Source: Candidatus Micrarchaeota archaeon
GTDB lineage: Archaea; Micrarchaeota; Micrarchaeia; Anstonellales; Bilamarchaeaceae
Assembly: GCA_043812915.1 (NCBI GenBank)
Contig: JBDRLQ010000016.1
Coordinates: forward strand, 36,318 to 100,317
Direction: 5' to 3'
DNA: 64,000 nucleotides
Shown here: positions 8,377-17,229 of the stretch, piece by piece
Layout of the letters: the number at the start of each line of letters is the position of its first letter
How positions within the stretch are numbered: the stretch's first letter is position 1
Translations under genes and position numbers: made by a program
Notes under the pieces: generated by a model
Told to the model about the DNA's origin: nothing
The model's input: only the letters and a program-made list of their open reading frames with translations
The model's database searches: none

Positions 8377-9069
8377 ATGAAAAGAAGCAGGAAAAAAACA
8401 CCCAAGGTGAGCAAGAAAATCACCAAACGGAAGCGCTCCTCAAGGAAGGGAGAGCTTGAATTGGGGGAAGTGTTCGTGGTCCTTCTTATGCTTGTCGGAG
8501 TTCTGGCAGGCTCAATGTATCTGGGAAACCAGCAGCTCCACTCAATCCAGGAGGATGACCGGACAATCGGCGACCTTCTTGAGGGCGGACTTATTGAAAT
8601 CGGGGACTCGTTCCTTGATGAGGTCGTATCAGGAAATTATGATGTCACTGCCTACCGATGGATGATTGGCAAGAAGGATGATGTCCCCGATGAGGTTCCG
8701 CTCGGAAGCGAGGGCAGGATGACTGCCGATATCCTTTTCAATGGAGGGTATATTGATAGCGTCCGCGGACTTGCGTTCAAGATATACGCGCCGACAGACG
8801 ATTCTCCAGACCCGAAGACAAGAATCAGGTTCTACGGGGTGTTCTTGAACTACACCACGCCTATGGATCAGTGGCTTGAGGATGACACTGAATTCACCGT
8901 GGACTACTTCCCGTACCCGATGGACCGGAGGTTCATGGAGGGTTGCCACGTGCAGTCTTCGGGGATGTACAGGACCGCTGATGACACTGTTTTCAAGACA
9001 TACTTTTTCGAATGCAGCGTGGTATGGCAGGGAAGCCGGCCTTCCACAATCAATGCCTTTGAGGATTAG
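8377..9069 (+). CDS. membrane-anchored hypothetical protein
   Basis: Basic N-terminus and one TM segment; the extracellular domain is homologous to the C-terminal domain of the next gene. Confidence 0.75.
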   Translation: MKRSRKKTPKVSKKITKRKRSSRKGELELGEVFVVLLMLVGVLAGSMYLGNQQLHSIQEDDRTIGDLLEGGLIEIGDSFLDEVVSGNYDVTAYRWMIGKKDDVPDEVPLGSEGRMTADILFNGGYIDSVRGLAFKIYAPTDDSPDPKTRIRFYGVFLNYTTPMDQWLEDDTEFTVDYFPYPMDRRFMEGCHVQSSGMYRTADDTVFKTYFFECSVVWQGSRPSTINAFED

Positions 9070-9077
9070 GTGTAACT

Positions 9078-10019
9078 ATGAAGAAATTGCTTATTGCGGT
9101 GGGGCTAATGACCCTGCTGCTTTTTGGATGCGTGCAGGAGCAGCCTCCTGTGGATGGGCCCGGACCAACGATGACCTGTGACGAGCACTGCAAGCAGCAG
9201 CCTCACGCACAGTGCGTCGGGACCTGGGACAACTCAGGGGATTACCCTGTCTGTATCTGCAATTATATATGCGAACAGGAAGAGCCTGAGCCGCCGGCCC
9301 AGCTACCAAATCCTGCCGCTGTGAACTGCGATGACAAGGGCTACTCCTATGAAATCCGCGATGAGACTGGATACTGCAGCCATGGAACCAAGGAATGCGA
9401 GGAATGGGCGCTATACAGGATGGAATGCTGCCTTGCAGACGCTGACTGCTCTGGAATGGAATGTGGCGGCCGTGTAGGGGCATCATGCGTGAAGAACTCG
9501 TGCGCATGCCCCGATACTGTGGACCTGATTCCTCCGGTAGCTACTGGCAAGACAATCAGGCAGCTTCTCGATGACTCTCTGGCCGATATAAACGACGAGT
9601 TCTATGCTGAGATAGAATCCGGCACGTTCAATACAACCAGCTACAAGTGGCTGCACACTGCGGAGGATGAGCCCGGCTCCATAACGATTGGTGATGCTGG
9701 TGTCCAGGGAGACATCCTCTTTAGCAACCAGGAGATGGAGGGTGTTGTGGCATTTGGCATGAAGTCCTTTGTCCAGACCGACGGGGTGCACAAGGAAGCG
9801 CGGGGCATCGCCATATTCGACGGCGGGGCGCCTCTGCTCTCGGCGGCATACAGCGACGGTGGCTCATTCAGCATCTCTTATCGGGCACCGACGCCGGACC
9901 TTCGTTTCAGCGACTGCACCGTGACCGAGCTGGAAAGATTCACCCAGCTTGAGCATGACAACCGCGTCCTTGACCTGTTCCACTTCACATGCGATGATGT
10001 GGAAGTGGTTGAGGATTAG
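9078..10019 (+). CDS. Cys-rich lipoprotein with a DUF333-like module
   Basis: Lipobox LLFGC; LPNPAAVNC...GYC...ECEEWALYRMEC; further Cys modules. Confidence 0.8.
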   Translation: MKKLLIAVGLMTLLLFGCVQEQPPVDGPGPTMTCDEHCKQQPHAQCVGTWDNSGDYPVCICNYICEQEEPEPPAQLPNPAAVNCDDKGYSYEIRDETGYCSHGTKECEEWALYRMECCLADADCSGMECGGRVGASCVKNSCACPDTVDLIPPVATGKTIRQLLDDSLADINDEFYAEIESGTFNTTSYKWLHTAEDEPGSITIGDAGVQGDILFSNQEMEGVVAFGMKSFVQTDGVHKEARGIAIFDGGAPLLSAAYSDGGSFSISYRAPTPDLRFSDCTVTELERFTQLEHDNRVLDLFHFTCDDVEVVED

Positions 10020-10060
10020 CTTTTTTTCTTTTTCCTTCCTTTTTCTTATTTGTGATTTGG

Positions 10061-10627
10061 ATGGTACTGACACCTTCTTCAGCAGATGCTTTGGGAAACG
10101 GGGATAAGGCGCCTGATTTCATCCTTCCGGGTGTTGATGGCAAGGATTATTCAATTTCAGCCTTTTCTGGAAAGAAAGCGGTGCTTGTTGTTTTCATGTG
10201 CAACCACTGCCCTTATGTGATTCCAAAGCTGGGTTACCTAGTCCACCTTCAGGAGAAGTACGGCCCGCAGGGCCTGCAGCTTATTGGGATAAACTCCAAT
10301 GACCCGACCGACTATCCGGATGACAGCTTCGAGAACATGAAGGTGATTGCGGAGCAGCATAAGTTCAATTTCCCCTATCTCTTTGATGAAAGCCAGGAAG
10401 TTGCAAAGTCCTATGGGGCCACCTGTACTCCGGACCCGTTCCTTTTCGACAGGGATTTGAAATTGGCATTCCACGGCAGGTTCGACGACGCGCACGGCAA
10501 GTTCCATGAGGATGGCAGGACTTCGGAGATGGAGGATGCGATACGGCAGGCGCTCGCGGGGAGAGAGGTTGAAGTCCCGCAGGAGCCGTCGCTCGGATGC
10601 TCAATCAAATGGAAAATCCGGGAATAG
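10061..10627 (+). CDS. AhpC/TSA-type thioredoxin family protein
   Basis: APDFILPG, FMCNHCPYV, SNDP...YPDDS, GATCTPDPF, GCSIKW. Confidence 0.92.
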   Translation: MVLTPSSADALGNGDKAPDFILPGVDGKDYSISAFSGKKAVLVVFMCNHCPYVIPKLGYLVHLQEKYGPQGLQLIGINSNDPTDYPDDSFENMKVIAEQHKFNFPYLFDESQEVAKSYGATCTPDPFLFDRDLKLAFHGRFDDAHGKFHEDGRTSEMEDAIRQALAGREVEVPQEPSLGCSIKWKIRE

Positions 10628-10684
10628 CCGGCCAAGCGAAAGCCAATTAAAGAGGGTTGGGCAATATCCATCCCCGGTGAACAA

Positions 10685-11371
10685 ATGGCAAAATTCAACC
10701 AGGAAGAATTCAACTCCTTTATTCTGGAAAACGGCGTTATAGGGTTTTTCAAAGAGCCAATCAAGCTGAAGTCCGGCAGGATGTCCAACTGGTATGTGAA
10801 CTGGAGGACACCGACCGGAGATGTATTCCTTCTGGATAAGCTCACGGACTTCGTCCTCGCTTTCGCGGAGGACAACAATCTTGCGCCTGACTGTTTTTAT
10901 GGAGTCCCTGAAGGGGCGACCAAGCTGGGCCTCATAACCCAGTACAAGTACGCCAGGAATTCCCCCAACTACTCGAAAGGAAGCCACGTCCTCCCGATGG
11001 GGAGGGCAAAGCCCAAGGAGCACGGGGCCCCAAAAGACAGGTTCTTTGTCGGGCAGCCGGAGGGCAGGGTGATTGTCCTTGAGGATGTCACAACCACCGG
11101 CGGCTCCCTGCTATGCACAATAAGCCAGCTCAGGGAGGCCGGGATTGAAGTGGCTGTGGCAATAAGCCTGACAAACAGGATGGAGATGCGCGATGACAAC
11201 AAGAGCGTGAAACAGGCCCTCGGGGAGAAAGGTGTGAGATACCTTGCGATGAGCAGCGCACTGGACCTTCTTCCTGCTTCGTACGCGAAACTCAATCCTG
11301 GGGAGGAAGTGGCCTCTGGAATAGAGGCGGAATTCGGGAAATACGGGGTAGAGGCGCTGAAATTGAGGTAA
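10685..11371 (+). CDS. pyrE: orotate phosphoribosyltransferase
   Basis: LKSGRMS, RAKPKEHG loop, PRPP-binding VIVLEDVTTTGGS; adjacent to pyrF. Confidence 0.85.
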   Translation: MAKFNQEEFNSFILENGVIGFFKEPIKLKSGRMSNWYVNWRTPTGDVFLLDKLTDFVLAFAEDNNLAPDCFYGVPEGATKLGLITQYKYARNSPNYSKGSHVLPMGRAKPKEHGAPKDRFFVGQPEGRVIVLEDVTTTGGSLLCTISQLREAGIEVAVAISLTNRMEMRDDNKSVKQALGEKGVRYLAMSSALDLLPASYAKLNPGEEVASGIEAEFGKYGVEALKLR

Positions 11372-11376
11372 TATCC

Positions 11377-12141
11377 ATGATAATCAACATAAATAGGAGT
11401 ATAATCCCAGCGTGCGACGTCACGCTTGACGAGTATAGGGAAATCGTGAAGGCGACTGCTGACATAAGGAAGATTGGCGCCTACAAGGTCGGGATATCCT
11501 TCCTCGATGTCGGCCTGAAGGCCGTTGTGGACAGCACAAGGGAATTCTCGGACAAGCCGGTAATATATGACCATCAGAAAGCGGGCACGGACATCCCGGA
11601 ATCCACACCATCCAAGTTCATGGACAGCATGGTTCGTGCTGGCATCAACGCTGTAATCCTCTTTCCCCAGGCGGGGCCAGCAACTGAATACGAGTGGATT
11701 AACGCCGCCAAGGACAAGGGCCTCGGGGTGATAGTTGGAGGGGAGATGACCCACGCCAGATACCTTGACGGGGACAGTTCAGAGAGCAAAAAGAAGAACT
11801 ACACAGAAATCTTCAGGGAGCTCGGGATTGAACGGGAGCTCACCGGCTACTTAAGGAGAAGCGCCCCTGATGACATTTACGAATTGGCGGCAAGGATGGG
11901 TGTTGCTGATTTTGTGGTTCCTGGAAACAAGCCGGACCGGATACGGCATTACAAGGGGCTAATTGAAAAGTGCGGGGTGAAAGAGCCGGTGTTCTACTCG
12001 CCAGGGCTGGTAGCCCAAGGGGGAGAAATATCCGAGGGCGCGGAAGCGGCAGGTGAGCGCTTCCACGCAATTGTCGGCCGTGGCATCTACCAGGCGCAAG
12101 ACAAGAAGAAAGCCGCCCTGGAAATGACCTGCAGGCTCTAG
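11377..12141 (+). CDS. pyrF: orotidine-5'-phosphate decarboxylase (atypical motif spacing)
   Basis: IIPACD, AYKVG, YDHQKAGTDIP, SPGLVAQGG, IVGRGIY; co-transcribed with pyrE. Confidence 0.8.
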   Translation: MIININRSIIPACDVTLDEYREIVKATADIRKIGAYKVGISFLDVGLKAVVDSTREFSDKPVIYDHQKAGTDIPESTPSKFMDSMVRAGINAVILFPQAGPATEYEWINAAKDKGLGVIVGGEMTHARYLDGDSSESKKKNYTEIFRELGIERELTGYLRRSAPDDIYELAARMGVADFVVPGNKPDRIRHYKGLIEKCGVKEPVFYSPGLVAQGGEISEGAEAAGERFHAIVGRGIYQAQDKKKAALEMTCRL

Positions 12142-12836
12142 CGGGTGCAGGTGTATATCCCGGAGTCCTTTACCTTGCCTCCGGTAATTTCGCTCATTTT
12201 GGCCTTTGCCTCCTCCATTGTGTCCCTGAGCATCTTCTCAGGAACGCCAGGAGGGCTGTAGATTAGCATCAGCACCCGGCTCGTCCCGGCGTGTATGGCG
12301 GTCCTCATGGAATCGGCGGTCGGTCCCCCGAAAATGGAGATATCGTCCTTTGTGAGCAGCCGGTCATCAGTGCTCATGTCCTTCCCGCCAATCCCGATGT
12401 ACTTGCCGCCTTCTTTCCCGATGTGCAGCCTGATTATACCCTTCACATTGGCGGCATCATACACGCCGCAGGGGTAGCCGGTCGTCATTGAGATGACATT
12501 GTTGGTATCGACAACGGTGTTTATCCGCTCGATTCCCTTCCCGCTGACAATCCTCCTTATCAGCGCCTCGCTCGATGCCCTGTCCTTTGTGGGATCAAGG
12601 CCAACTGTTGAGAACAGCTTCCTGATTGCCTTTATCACATTGTCCTTCGGGATGGCCTCAGCATTCGGGAATTTCTCTTCCACCTGGACCATCGCAACCT
12701 CAATCATGTTGTCCATCGCCATGCCATCGCGCCTGACCACAACATCCTCAAAGAGGATGTATCCTACCTTTAGCCCCTCCAGCTTCTCCTTGGCCTCAGG
12801 ATATACCTTGAATCTGATTTTTTCCATAACAATCAC
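12138..12836 (-). CDS. B3/B4 domain protein (PheRS beta editing-domain related)
   Basis: GLDPTKDRASSEALIRR, INTVVDTNNVISM...PCGVYD, GGPTADSMRTAI. Confidence 0.85.
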   Translation of the reverse strand: MIVMEKIRFKVYPEAKEKLEGLKVGYILFEDVVVRRDGMAMDNMIEVAMVQVEEKFPNAEAIPKDNVIKAIRKLFSTVGLDPTKDRASSEALIRRIVSGKGIERINTVVDTNNVISMTTGYPCGVYDAANVKGIIRLHIGKEGGKYIGIGGKDMSTDDRLLTKDDISIFGGPTADSMRTAIHAGTSRVLMLIYSPPGVPEKMLRDTMEEAKAKMSEITGGKVKDSGIYTCTR

Positions 12837-13198
12837 TTCGTTGCTTTTCTGGGCCTCGGATTCGGCCCTGGCAGCTGTTTCTTGTATAGCTTTTTGTCGG
12901 TATCAGCGTTCTCATAGCTGTTTGAGAACCATATCACGTTGACCGGGCAGACCTCTGCGCACAGCCCGCAGTAGATGCACAGGCTCCGGTCCACAATAGC
13001 GTATTTGCTGGCCTGGTCGACCACAATCGCCCCTGTCGGGCAGTTCATCTCGCAGAGCCTGCACGATATGCATTTCTTCTGGTCCACATGTATCCTGCCC
13101 CTGAAATTGATTGAGACCTTGCTCTCCTTCTTGGGATACTCATTCGTGAAGGGCTTTGCGAAAAGGTTCTTCAATACCTTGATGATCATCGACACCAT
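12833..13198 (-). CDS. group 4 hydrogenase 2x[4Fe-4S] subunit (EchF/NuoI-like)
   Basis: KPFTNEYP...FRG; CISCRLCEMNCP and CIYCGLCAEVCP. Confidence 0.9.
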   Translation of the reverse strand: MVSMIIKVLKNLFAKPFTNEYPKKESKVSINFRGRIHVDQKKCISCRLCEMNCPTGAIVVDQASKYAIVDRSLCIYCGLCAEVCPVNVIWFSNSYENADTDKKLYKKQLPGPNPRPRKATK

Positions 13199-13201
13199 GT
13201 T

Positions 13202-14029
13202 TCACACCAGCAGGAATATGTCCAGGAACGCCAGCAGTGCAAGCGCAAGGAAGGTCCTGACAGTCACGACAGTAGAGTATCTTGGGGAGCTAGTCAGCAT
13301 TATGGCATAGAATATCATGAAGAAGGGGGCGAGCAGCAGCCCGTACACCTTCCCGACAAGCAGAACCCCGAGTAGTATGTAAACCACCAAATCCTTTGTC
13401 CATTCAGCAACTTCGAGCAATGCGAGCTTCCTCCCGGAGTACTCAGAGAAGAACCCCGCGGATATCTCCGCTTCAGCCGACATCACATCATAGGGCGTTA
13501 CCCTGAGTATCACGAAAGCGGTGAATATCAGGAAAAGGGAAGCGAAGGGCATCTGCATGAACGCGAACTCCGTGCTGAAATCAGCAAGCCCGCTCGCCCC
13601 GGTCTTGTAGAAGAAGAGGGAGAGCACGATGAGGAACGTAATCTCATATCCGAGCATCAGTAGCAGTTCCCTCACGCTGGCACACATCCCGAACGGGGAG
13701 CGGCTTGCGACAGCGCCGAATATGTAGAACGTGTCCTGGAGGATGAACAGGTATCCGATCACTATGAAATCGAAGCTGAATCCTAGGACCGAGAAAGGGA
13801 CGAACAGTACGAGCGCGATTGTACATATGAACGCGAGGTAAGGAACGAGGCTGAATACCATGTTGTCATAGTAGAACCCCTCCTTCCCAAGCAGCTTGAA
13901 TATATCATAGAAAGGCTGCATCAGGGGCGGGCCCTGCCGGTTGTGCATGTGCGCGACAATCTTCCTCCTTATTCCCTCGAACGCGAGGGCAAGGGGAATT
14001 AGCATTATAGCCAATAGCCAGTCAATCAT
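13202..14029 (-). CDS. group 4 hydrogenase membrane subunit (NuoH/EchB/MbhM-like)
   Basis: RKIVAHMHNRQGPPLMQPFYDIFKLLGKE, PYDVMSAEAEISAGFFSEYSG. Confidence 0.9.
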   Translation of the reverse strand: MIDWLLAIMLIPLALAFEGIRRKIVAHMHNRQGPPLMQPFYDIFKLLGKEGFYYDNMVFSLVPYLAFICTIALVLFVPFSVLGFSFDFIVIGYLFILQDTFYIFGAVASRSPFGMCASVRELLLMLGYEITFLIVLSLFFYKTGASGLADFSTEFAFMQMPFASLFLIFTAFVILRVTPYDVMSAEAEISAGFFSEYSGRKLALLEVAEWTKDLVVYILLGVLLVGKVYGLLLAPFFMIFYAIMLTSSPRYSTVVTVRTFLALALLAFLDIFLLV

Positions 14030-15185
14030 GTTTCCGACCCGCGAACAGCTCATGGCTGTTCCAAACTTCCTTCTTACCATTCTTCACGACAGCAACCCTC
14101 TCCATGCAGGATATGCACGGGTCAAGGCTGCCGATAATCACCGGCACGTCTGTTATATCCTCTCCCTCCAAAACCTTCGAATATGAAATGACATTCGCGA
14201 GCGTCGGCGTCCGCAGTTTCAGCCTGAACACCCTGTTCTTCTCGACTTTCAGGAAATGGAAATTCTCCCCTCTCGGGGCCTCGCTCCTTCCGACCCCTGT
14301 GGCTTCGGCGACGAAGAACCCCGGCTTCTTTGGGACATCTTCTCCAGGCTCAATCATCTGGCATGCCTTCCGGATTAGCCGGACGCACTCAGGTATCTCA
14401 TCCAGGCGGTTCATGCTCCGGGTGTACGAATCACCGCCATCCTTAACTACCGGCTTCACCTTCAGCTCCTTGAATGCGTATGCCATGTAAGGCGCATGCC
14501 TGCGCACATCATAGTCAATGCCCGAGGCCCTTGCGACCGGACCGACTAATCCCAGTTCCCTGGCAGTATCCTTGGAAATGTTGCCGTGCTTCCTGAACCT
14601 GCTGCTTATGACATCGTTCTTTGCCATCACCTCGCGAAGCTCCTTAACTTCAGGCTCGATTACATCAAGTTTCTCAAGCACGAAATCAAGCTCCGCCTTG
14701 CCAAAGCTCCTCTTTGCGCTACCGACCAAATCAGGGGAATGGTGCACCCTGTTGCCGGTAAGTTCATCGAATATATCGAGTATATGCTCCCTTTCCTTCC
14801 AATAGTACATGAAGAGGGTCTCAAGCCCGATTTCATGGGCCATAACACCCGCCCAGAGCAGGTGGGAATGAACCCTCTCCAGCTCCGCGGTAATCAGCCT
14901 CTGCAGGTATACCTTGTCGGGCACCTTCTTCCCAATCATGGGCTCCGATGCGTTCAGGAACGCCATCGAATGGCACTGCGAGCAGATTCCGCACGTCCTC
15001 TGCACTGCGTGCAGTGCGCTGTCAAGGAACATGTTCTCGGCGCATTTCTCCACCCCGCGGTGCGCGTAGCCCAGGTTGAATTCCGCCTTGACTATATAGC
15101 TGCCATCGACATGCAGCTTCAGGAATATCGGCTCTTTAAGGGCAGGATGCTGCGGCCCAATCGGGTACATCGTTGTGTGCATCAT
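14022..15185 (-). CDS. group 4 [NiFe]-hydrogenase large subunit
   Basis: PIGPQHPALKEP, RTCGICSQCH (L1), ELERVHSH, EAPRGE, DPCISC (L2) followed by a C-terminal extension. Confidence 0.93.
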   Translation of the reverse strand: MMHTTMYPIGPQHPALKEPIFLKLHVDGSYIVKAEFNLGYAHRGVEKCAENMFLDSALHAVQRTCGICSQCHSMAFLNASEPMIGKKVPDKVYLQRLITAELERVHSHLLWAGVMAHEIGLETLFMYYWKEREHILDIFDELTGNRVHHSPDLVGSAKRSFGKAELDFVLEKLDVIEPEVKELREVMAKNDVISSRFRKHGNISKDTARELGLVGPVARASGIDYDVRRHAPYMAYAFKELKVKPVVKDGGDSYTRSMNRLDEIPECVRLIRKACQMIEPGEDVPKKPGFFVAEATGVGRSEAPRGENFHFLKVEKNRVFRLKLRTPTLANVISYSKVLEGEDITDVPVIIGSLDPCISCMERVAVVKNGKKEVWNSHELFAGRKHD

Positions 15186-15526
15186 CCCACCTTGCCAATG
15201 CACCTGGACGTCTCAAAGGCTTTTTGTGCAGCCTCCCTCCCGTCCGCGGCCTGGAACAGCCGCTTTCCGCTAAACTCATTCCCCTCAAACCGTATCCCGA
15301 AAAGCTCAGTGACCTCCGCCTCCAGCAGGGCGGCATTGGCGAATATACCAATCAGGCTCTGCACCTTCTCCCCTTTTGGGACCTCGAGCTCCACCTGCCC
15401 TATCTCAGTTTTGCTCTTCCATGAGAAATGGTAGTACAGGGTCTGCCTCCCGTCCTTGTTCACACTGGTAATGGAAATCAGCCGCTCGGGCTTTAGCTTC
15501 TTCACCTTATCTGCTGCGCTTAACAT
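15182..15526 (-). CDS. group 4 hydrogenase NuoC-like subunit (EchD/MbhK-like)
   Basis: LYYHF, SLIGIFANAALLEAEVTELFGIRFEG. Confidence 0.85.
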   Translation of the reverse strand: MLSAADKVKKLKPERLISITSVNKDGRQTLYYHFSWKSKTEIGQVELEVPKGEKVQSLIGIFANAALLEAEVTELFGIRFEGNEFSGKRLFQAADGREAAQKAFETSRCIGKVG

Positions 15527-15920
15527 CAAGACACTTCCTTATGCCGTCAATTATCGTTTCGGGCCTCGGCGGGCAGCCGGGCACATACACATCCACAGGT
15601 ATGATTTTGTCCAGGGGGCCGAGAGTTGAATATGAATCCTTGTACAAACCGCCGCTCACGCAGCACGCACCGATTGCGACAACCCTTTTTGGCTTTGGCA
15701 GCTGCGAATAGATGTTCATCAGCCTCTTCACGTTCTGCTTATTCACTATCCCTGTCACCAGCAGCACGTCCGCGTGCTTCGCGCTGGCCTTGAGCTCCAT
15801 CCCGAACCTTGTGATGTCGTATCTTGGATTGAAACACGCCAGGCATTCAAGTGTGCATCCGTTGCACCCTCCGGCGTTGAAGAAGCTTATCCAGGGGGAT
15901 TTCTTTATAATAGCGCTCAT
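15507..15920 (-). CDS. group 4 [NiFe]-hydrogenase small subunit (NuoB/EchC-like)
   Basis: GGCNGCTLE, HADVLLVTG, GACCVSGG, VDVYVPGCPPRPE. Confidence 0.93.
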   Translation of the reverse strand: MSAIIKKSPWISFFNAGGCNGCTLECLACFNPRYDITRFGMELKASAKHADVLLVTGIVNKQNVKRLMNIYSQLPKPKRVVAIGACCVSGGLYKDSYSTLGPLDKIIPVDVYVPGCPPRPETIIDGIRKCLDVKRSR

Positions 15921-16036
15921 TTCCTTCTCCCCAAAAGGTCCTTTAGGAACGAGAGCAGCAGGTCTGAGAAGTCCTTTGGCATCATGCTGTTCTCGTCAAG
16001 GTCTTCCCCGCCCAGATATACCTTCGTCTTCCTCAT
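15917..16036 (-). CDS. 39-aa hydrogenase-operon microprotein (absent from the ORF track)
   Basis: Manual translation MRKTKVYLGGEDLDENSMMPKDFSDLLLSFLKDLLGRRK; ATGA overlaps at both ends. Confidence 0.7.
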   Translation of the reverse strand: MRKTKVYLGGEDLDENSMMPKDFSDLLLSFLKDLLGRRK

Positions 16037-16737
16037 GTGTACATCTCCAGTATCGTAAACAGTATCTGGGGGGCAATCCCCAGCACGACCGTGAATATTG
16101 CCAGCGCGGTTGACAGCGCATTTGGGATTATCCCGAAGCTAATCGGCTTCTTCCCCTTCCCGGCAAACAGAACATAGCAAATCCTGAAATAGAACAGGAA
16201 TGCAACTAAGCTTGCAAACACAGTCCCTAACATCAGAGCCGGGTGCACCGTGAATAAAGATGAATATATTATGAATTCCCCGATAAATACGTTGAACCCT
16301 GGCATCCCGCCAAGGGAGAGGCAGGCTATGCAGAGCAGAAGCGCGAGGTACTGGTTGCTCTCATAGATGCCAGCATAGTCCCGCACCCCGTCCTTCCGCA
16401 GCCCCCCGTACAGGATGGCCATTGTTATCGCGAACAATCCCCCTGCCACAGCGAAATTTATCAGCTGCAGCACGGCGAACCACACCGACTTTTCTATAAG
16501 CAGCGCTGTGCTGACATCCAGAAGGAAATAGAAGAACTGGATTATTGTCGAGAAGAGCACGTACTTCATGAAGGACTTGTCGAACAATCCGATGAAGCTG
16601 AAAATTGTTATTCCGAGGATGCACGCAACGCTGAAGGCAATCCTGAATTCCGGCGCAAGCTCCATTCCATTGGCCAGAATGAGGTACATCGCGGCAAGAG
16701 CTATGAAAAATACTGCCAAGGGCAGCGCACGTCTCAT
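16033..16737 (-). CDS. half-size antiporter-like membrane subunit (MrpD/NuoN C-terminal half-like)
   Basis: LSLGGMPGFNVFIGEF, FYFRI, VVLGIAP; only 234 aa with about 7 TM segments. Confidence 0.8.
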   Translation of the reverse strand: MRRALPLAVFFIALAAMYLILANGMELAPEFRIAFSVACILGITIFSFIGLFDKSFMKYVLFSTIIQFFYFLLDVSTALLIEKSVWFAVLQLINFAVAGGLFAITMAILYGGLRKDGVRDYAGIYESNQYLALLLCIACLSLGGMPGFNVFIGEFIIYSSLFTVHPALMLGTVFASLVAFLFYFRICYVLFAGKGKKPISFGIIPNALSTALAIFTVVLGIAPQILFTILEMYT

Positions 16738-16767
16738 GGGAGGAGTTCGGAGATAAGGAATATAAAG

Positions 16768-17229
16768 TTAGCAGTGGGGATCCCGAAGCCGCCTGTTCAG
16801 GACTGCGGCGACCTCGTTCCCCCTTTTTTTCACAATGCCGCTCATCGGCTCCCCGAATTCAATGGATTCCGGCTGCACCCCGAGGACATAAAGCCTTGCA
16901 TCGGGCAGCATCCTGGCAAATAGCAGGAACGACATGGAGTGCGTGCTGGCGCTGCTTTTCTGGAGCTGTTCAGAACTGACAAAGCCGATTGTCCCAGGTT
17001 CCTCCCCGAAATCAGCGGCATCAACAATCAGTATCACATCAGGCGCGATGGGCTTGATTGTCTTAATGTAATTCTCAGGCATGGTGGCGCAGAAGATTTT
17101 GGAATCAGTTTTCAGCCTGTCAAACACATACTTGCCAAGGGCGTCATCGCCCTTCATGTCATTGCCAACGCCCAGCACGATGACTTTCTTTCCTGTTAGC
17201 GCCTTTTCCAGCTCTTCCCTCCAGCTCAT
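16768..17229 (-). CDS. hycI: hydrogenase maturation protease (HycI-like)
   Basis: VLGVGNDMKGDDALG, PEN, IVDAADFG, STH, GVQP. Confidence 0.9.
   Translation of the reverse strand: MSWREELEKALTGKKVIVLGVGNDMKGDDALGKYVFDRLKTDSKIFCATMPENYIKTIKPIAPDVILIVDAADFGEEPGTIGFVSSEQLQKSSASTHSMSFLLFARMLPDARLYVLGVQPESIEFGEPMSGIVKKRGNEVAAVLNRRLRDPHC

Noticed and set aside
12833-16737. Respiratory complex I (nuo) operon
   Set aside because: The large subunit retains both CxxC Ni-binding motifs and a maturation protease is adjacent, so it is a hydrogenase
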